This document shows positions 58,018-64,000 of a stretch of 64,000 nt of DNA, piece by piece; positions within the stretch are counted from its first letter, which is position 1, and the number at the start of each line of letters is the position of its first letter. A program made the position numbers and the translations under genes. This DNA is from Rhizodiscina lignyota (Eukaryota). A model generated the notes under the pieces. It was given only the letters and a program-made list of their open reading frames with translations, had not been told where the DNA came from and did not search any database. The stretch covers positions 1,178,001 to 1,242,000 of the forward strand of contig ML978125.1 in NCBI GenBank assembly GCA_010015805.1, read 5' to 3'.

Positions 58018-58343
58018 GGTCTTCGTAACTCAGCCATGCTCAGCCTCAATTACTGATTAACGACGTCAACCATCAACATCCGTCCAAATATGACAATTGA
58101 GGTCTTCAGGGTTACCAACTGTACCGTTATATCCCGCAACGGCCATAAGTATAATTACTCCATGGTGGACTGGTGATATCCTTTTCCCCAAATTATTCAA
58201 ACCTCCAACTCTATCACAATCCTCAAATCATCACCAGTCCACATCAAACGCCACAAATAGACGGAACTTTTATTCATCTGTCTTTCAATCGCCTTCCGTT
58301 TAAATCTTCTACGTGTCAACCTTCTACTTTTGTTTCATTTACA

Positions 58344-58616
58344 ATGGCAACACCAATCCTGGTCATCGGTGCTCTTCTCGCTCAATGCATAGTCGAAAAA
58401 CACAAGGCCCGCAAAGCAGCAAGACAAACCGGCTACGACCTCACACAGATACAAACCAAAGACGCAAAATTATACTCCCAACGCCCATCATCAAGTGTGT
58501 ATTCACAGACTACACTGCAGGGTACTTTTGACTCCAACGCTCCTATGAGTAAAGATGGACCACCAAGGGACGACAAGCTCGCATCCGAAATGGGGGCAAC
58601 GATGCGCAGTTATTAG
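58344..58616 (+). CDS. Small hypothetical protein
   Basis: ACAATGG start context; MATPILVIGALLAQCIVEKHKARKAA... 90 aa. Confidence 0.45.
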   Translation: MATPILVIGALLAQCIVEKHKARKAARQTGYDLTQIQTKDAKLYSQRPSSSVYSQTTLQGTFDSNAPMSKDGPPRDDKLASEMGATMRSY

Positions 58617-58939
58617 TTGTCCCCCAGAGATCGAGGGACCGTAAGGGATATGGCTTTCGGAAGATAATTATTGTGGAGCACGAGTTCGGAGATTGTTGGG
58701 CTTTGTTTGCCAGATTTTGCCGGAGTTCAGATTGTAATGGAGCATTGCTTGGGGATTTGATCATCTCGTCTATGTTGGGACGCATTATAGAAAGCGTAAT
58801 ACTTGTTTTCTTGCAATTACACTTGATTATCCCGCGTGCAGTTTATCCACTTTGGTAAGTTGACAATGTAGTAAGAACCTTTATGGTATGAACCGGTCTT
58901 AGCTATCGATAACAGATTCCTTATGATAATACGACATCG

Positions 58940-60710
58940 CTAAATGTAATCATCGACGCTGTCATTGATGGCGAGGCCTGCGGCCTCAGACCACACAATT
59001 CCTGCTCCAGCCCCAATAAAGAAATCTCCTCCTCCATCATTCCAAAGCTCGCGGAAGCTTTCGGCCAGATCCTCAGCTGAGTACAACCTATCTTTAAGAA
59101 CGGCATTAAATCTCTCCCACGTACCCAGACTCATACGGCTTCCAATGTTACTAGTAAAGATAATGTACCACATACGTAATGCTCCATTAGCACAGGCGGC
59201 ACCACCCACAACGGACATCCAGAGTAAGAGACCAGATAACTGCTCCCATTGATCATTTCCATCTATTTTGATTTCCAGCAAGGCGTGACGCAGTCGCGCT
59301 GCTAGCCTTGATGGGATTTGGGCGCTGCGTTCGAAAGTGCGAAAGACGCGATTCACATAGATTTGCAATGCTAATATGTATGCGTATTGAGCATTGCAGC
59401 TGGCAGGCGGGTTTTTGTATAATAGGTTAAAGAGGCGAAATTCGATAGTCCGGCGAAATTTGAGGATGTGATTGATGTGACTCCTTGAATAGGGCCGTTC
59501 AGAGTAGTGTGGAAAATCTTCGTTGAGGACATGCATCTCTGCCAGTACGGAGTTCAGTTCTTCACCTAGGCAATGCGTCTCTGGTAGTAAGCGGAGCTTT
59601 GAGCGCGCAACATTATTCGGTGAGCTTAGGGATTGCGCAGTAGAGTCACTCCATACGTCGAGATTACTTCTGGCGGTACGGAAAGGTTGGTAATCGTTGC
59701 TGCTAAAGAACGGAGCGTGGGCAAACATGTAGGAACCCATGAAGTCGACTCTGAAAAGAAGTGATTTAATATATGGTCAAGACAGTCACGATGTGGATAC
59801 TTACTCTGAAACATTATACCAAAGAGATGGAAATGTACCCAGTCCACCACGCATGTAAAAGAGTTGACTGAGACCTCTCATATGAGATTTCCATGCATCG
59901 CAGTCTCCCGTAGCTCCACGAGCGAACTTAGGGAACGTTAGTGTACCATTGTGGGTCCTCGTGCTTGCTTTAGCGAATGTGAGATCTTATTAACCTCTAT
60001 GCTTGCCACTTGCGTAACCGCGAGTGCAGTCCCTTCAAAACACTCATCCATCTGGTCTCCCAGACTCTTATTAATGAGCTGAATGGTACGACCTCGGTGG
60101 TCCAGCCCCCATATTTGGAACTTTTTGTCCCGATTGGCTTGCCAGGCTTGCGCGAACGAAGAAATTGATAGGGTCGACTGAAGGACTCTCGCATCTGAAA
60201 CCGAGGACTGGAGCATCATGTGCCCAGGATGAAACCCGCCAGTGGCTTTGAATGGGAAAAGCTCGTATGCTAGTGATTGCTTCACTTTTTTCGTAATATT
60301 AGCCATTTTTGGCGCTGGTTTGCGATAGCTTTTAAGCTTATCCCTACTAGTCAATGGTAAGGATGAAGAGTCACTTCTTACTGTAGTCGAATAGTTGGTA
60401 CATGTAAGTCTCCATTTCTACGGGAAATGCCCGGAACGGATCAGGACTACCTGACCCAATCATTCTAGGTAGACGGACGCATTCGTTTGCTTCATTTGGA
60501 TTGCGTTCATTACCAGCACGACCTGTTTGGATGGGAGCTTCTTTCTTGTTCCTTGATAGTGTAGCGTTCCCTCGAACAAGACGACGGTTTTCTGCGCTTT
60601 TGATCTGCAAAGGCTGCTGGATATTGAGAAATTGAAGTCCATCTTCTTCTGGAAACAAGTCAGTTCTGGGCTCCCCATATGCTCAATTGATACACACTGG
60701 CTGTCAACAT
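58940..60710 (-). CDS. Fungal-specific transcription-factor-like protein lacking a Zn2Cys6 cluster
   Basis: LQFLN..AENRRLVRGNA, GSGSPDPFRAFP, HRGRTIQLINKSL, MHGNLI..SVNSFTCV, LLLWMSVVGG. Several introns. Confidence 0.65.
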
Positions 60711-61529
60711 GAGGGTCGTTATATTCTTGTGTAACCAGAAATGTAAGACTCTCAATACCCGCGATAGGAAAATGGGAATGCAGGTTTTCGCGATGTTGCT
60801 AGCCCATGGAGAATTGAGATTTGTAAGTCAAAGCTTGGATCTAGTCACCAGCCTTTCTGATTGCCTTGAATGGGTTTAGCGCCTTGGTATACAGGACCAA
60901 GAACTGTTGCCATCCATATGCTTTATTTGTGCGTTAAATCTTTAGGGAAGAGGGAAAGACTTTCAGCTCTCTCAAACAGAACTGATTGGCTGCTTCCACG
61001 TTGTTAATTCCGTAGACCTCTTAAGGGAAAGAGCACGGACTCTGCCCCACAGCCCCGCCACACTACAACTCTTTAAAACTAGTCAGAGCAGTTTTAACAT
61101 TTTTCGATCGTATTTTTGCTCTACGTGCAGGTACGGAGTAGGTACTTGGAATTCCAGCTTGCTCCTATGCGATATTGAATCTGCCGGAGGTGGTAGGGTG
61201 TACTTTCGTACACGTACTAGCAAACTTGCCTTCCAAATGACATTCAGCCCATGTGTCATCCCAATTTGGTGATGTGGAGTATGTCCCTGATAACGATAAC
61301 GAATCCTGCAAATCTGCGCCTTCTCCGCAAAGCTCCTCGGAGGTTCAGCATTTCTCACCTTTCGTCCAATGGATCTCCAGATAATCCGTCTCTGTTCATT
61401 CGCCAATCTCCAGAACCGCAAAGGCTTTGAAGATGGCACTCTTCAGCTTTCTGAAGCGTCAATTGTCGTTCGGTCCAGAGATTGGATAGCTCCAGATTCA
61501 TCGCCTCTTGGGACCGAGAGCAAGAGAAT

Positions 61530-62662
61530 ATGACCGTTAATAGGGCCTCAAACGTGGATTCAGAGCACTTTTCACCTTACAGAGCAGACGGCAAGCTGTA
61601 TGGCTTCGTCTGCGTTGTTACTGGGGCGACTCAGCCTGTGGGCAAAGCCATAACTCTTGAACTGGCGGCTCACGGTGCAGCTTGTGTATACGCTTGCTCA
61701 GAAGGGTCAGCGAAAGAGTACAATCAATTGGCAGAAGAAGTCCACAGCGTCTTCCCGAATACGAAAGTAATCGGTTATCCATACAAGCTCGCAAATGAGG
61801 AAGACACACTGGGCCTGATCGACGATATCTTGAACGCGTGGGGACGGTAGGTCATAGCACTCGATCTTCATCAGTTACATGGTACCAATGCTAATGACAT
61901 CCAGGCTCGACGTTTGGGTCACGTCGTCTGGTCTCCTCGGTCCTCCCTCTATCCAAGATACCTCTCCGTCTGACCTTCTCAAATGTTTCGAAGCCAACTC
62001 CATGGCCCCTTTCTTCGCGTTGAAATATGCGCCGCCTGCAATGGCGAAGACGACACCGCAAGGCAGCTATCCGAATGCAGCCCCCAAAGATCAGAAATAT
62101 GGTTCGATAATCGTGGTTAGCTCTGTGGCAAGCACATATGGAGGGTGTTGGGGACCATGCTTTACAATGAGCTCGCATGCAGCATTGGGAGTCGTAAGGG
62201 CAGGAGTTGCTGTTCTGAAAGGGACAGGCGTGCGGATAAACTGCATATCACCTGGTCAGATTGATGTTGGCGTGGATTTGAAAGCCGTACGCCGTGTCTT
62301 CCCTTGTGCTTAACGAATCTTGCTAAACTCGCTCAGTTCGACATGCGAGGAATGAGTTCGCAACTACCCCCGTCGAGTTTGCAATCGAAAGAGGTGAGGA
62401 ACCGTATCATGGATATACTGTGAATATTGAACTAATGATTGCTTGCAAAGACCCAGAAAGACAACATTGGCCTTGAGCGAGCGGGTTTGCCGACCGAAAT
62501 TGGTCGCGTCGCTGGCTTTCTCGCAAGCGGATTCAGTAGTTACATTACCGGAGCCAACCTAGTTGTCGATGGCGGTGCTTCGTACGTCATAGATGGAAAT
62601 CTACCATTTCAAAGCACTGACGGTGATACAGAACAATGAACCCTTTGACGGTGCCAGTCTGA
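61530..62662 (+). CDS. Short-chain dehydrogenase/reductase
   Basis: VCVVTGATQPVG, WGRLDV, GSIIVVSSVA, GVRINCISPG, SSYITGANLVVDGG. Four introns. Confidence 0.88.
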
Positions 62663-62826
62663 TAGTGGGTATGTGTGAAAGATAGAACTTTAATAGCAAA
62701 GGGTGGATTCCTGGGCATCCAGGTATCACAAGATACAGTCCTTTCAAGTCTTACCATCAACTCTTAACTTCTCAAGTTCTCATCTACGAGGACTGAACCA
62801 CTCCTGCGCTCATAAGTCTCTTGTCG

Positions 62827-63110
62827 CTACGTCATCTTTGATAATAGGATAGATGCACCTTGTTCATGACCTGGATATGAGCGCAGATTATGTGCAACAC
62901 TTGCTACAGTGGCGAAATCGCTCCCGTTGTCATACCAAACTGCGCCGACAATGGCCTCTACGGTATCCACAATAAGGTTCTTCTCCAGAGGATCCCCAAT
63001 ACTCTCGTGGTCTGGGTTGATGTAGGCCAACAGGCCTTTGTCGTAAACGACCATGGTTAGGTGTTTGTTGGACGAGTCTGTCGACATCTTGTCCGAGACG
63101 ATTTCTTTCT
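62827..63110 (-). pseudogene. RNase III domain fragment
   Basis: SNKHL...IVDTVEAIVGAVWYD resembles the second RNase III catalytic motif (DxxEAxxGA). The N-terminal signature (LEFLGD-like) is not seen, and a MITE relic lies immediately upstream. Confidence 0.5.
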
Positions 63111-63184
63111 CAGTCGTCAGGAGTAGTGCTCAAAAGTACTTGGAGAGTGTTTCCTGACTCAACAACTCTCTTAATGCAGCCATA

Positions 63185-63317
63185 GAGAGCTTCCCCGTAC
63201 TAGTGAGCTTATATTTGAGATTATTAGGAAATAGCTTAGAGGATTTGCTTCTCATTGTTATAGAAGAGTGACGCCATTGTAAGCCTCGTTCGCGCACGAG
63301 AAACTGGCCCTTTCGTA
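63185..63317 (+). mobile_element. MITE family A partial copy
   Basis: TTAGAGGATTTGCTTCTC...GACGCCATTG...GAGAAACTGGCCCTTTCGTA is collinear with 10600-10679. Confidence 0.65.
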
Positions 63318-63871
63318 CTAAAACGACACCAACATCTTGTACAACCCAGGTCGTTAAATTATTCTGACTCGATATCTGGGTATGACTCTTCTATTTTGCT
63401 ATCGAAATCTTATCACATGCAACATACTGTGATAACTCCATGCCGCCCCCCCCTAATGCACGGGGCGTCGGTCATTCGCCGATGTCGGCTAATTCAATTT
63501 TAAGATGCAATGAACAGCTAAGCTAACAGAAACCTCCACGAACTCGCATATAATCATCCTTCCCTGTTGTGACTTTCCCGATGTACACAAGTGTGCTGAT
63601 CAACGATAATAATTGGCATTGAGGACTTGGAACTCTATTGACGATGCTGGGAGTTTGTCGCTTCCAACGGAACCCGAAATTTCTCCCTCCAACTGTCACA
63701 ATCGGGCGCTCCTTCTTGTAACATACAACGCCCGACTTGTGACAGCATTGAGTAGCTAGGCTGTCCTTTGCACGAAGTCCTCCTCACTTTTCTTAGTCTC
63801 AACCTCTTTGGACCCATTTGATACCAAACTTTCGTTAAGCAGATTGTATCTATTCATAAAGCTCTTCCGCG

Positions 63872-64000
63872 ATGCTCCCATACGAAGACGAACTTCTTTT
63901 CGCGAGTCTCGCAGTCCAGCGGGCCGTCATTGCAACCAAGACTGTCCTGTCTTCTGTCCAGAAGGGCATCCTTTCCAAATCTGATGCCACACCTGTCTCA
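63872..64000 (+). CDS. MET22: 3'(2'),5'-bisphosphate nucleotidase (Met22/Hal2 family), 5' end only
   Basis: MLPYEDELLFASLAVQRAVIATKTV...KGILSKSDATPVS matches the Hal2-family N-terminus. Truncated by the window end. Confidence 0.65.
   Translation, partial: MLPYEDELLFASLAVQRAVIATKTVLSSVQKGILSKSDATPVS

Noticed and set aside
55339..61140. Recurrent TACGGAGTA motif (about 55340, 57345, 61132)
   Set aside because: Short motif that is common in intergenic DNA of filamentous fungi; no specific structure here.

Overview
Nuclear DNA of a filamentous ascomycete (Pezizomycotina-type short GT-AG introns with CTRAY branch sites, and RIP-like TpA-rich repeat relics). About 35 protein genes are recognisable. 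Housekeeping genes include a RAD51 paralog, SOM1, TAF8, COX9, APM3, CYS3, RPS15, RPP2, an SPT2-like gene, NAD(P)HX dehydratase, DAP2, RPB7, an MPO1-like gene, ATP1, MDE1, PIC2, a complex I 17.8 kDa subunit and MET22. Two more accessory stretches lie at about 30-44 kb and 50-63 kb. The standout feature is in the nuclear ATP1 (F1-ATPase alpha) gene. Its 6th intron (26398-28094, 1697 nt) has ordinary spliceosomal signals (GTTAGT...CTAAT...CAG). It encodes an intact 422-aa GIY-YIG endonuclease-like protein with two C-terminal C2H2 zinc fingers. The insertion lies in a highly conserved part of ATP1 and is surrounded by three extra mini-introns and exons that look recoded. A diverged, decayed second copy of the same element lies at about 6307-7217, and its similarity begins at the position equivalent to the 5' splice site. 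Together these suggest a family of endonuclease-encoding (homing-type) spliceosomal introns. The window also holds a roughly 220-bp TA-flanked MITE family (6 copies or fragments), a second inverted-repeat element, RIP-like relics on both sides of ATP1, and several pseudogenes. All calls come from reading the sequence by eye; no database searches were run.
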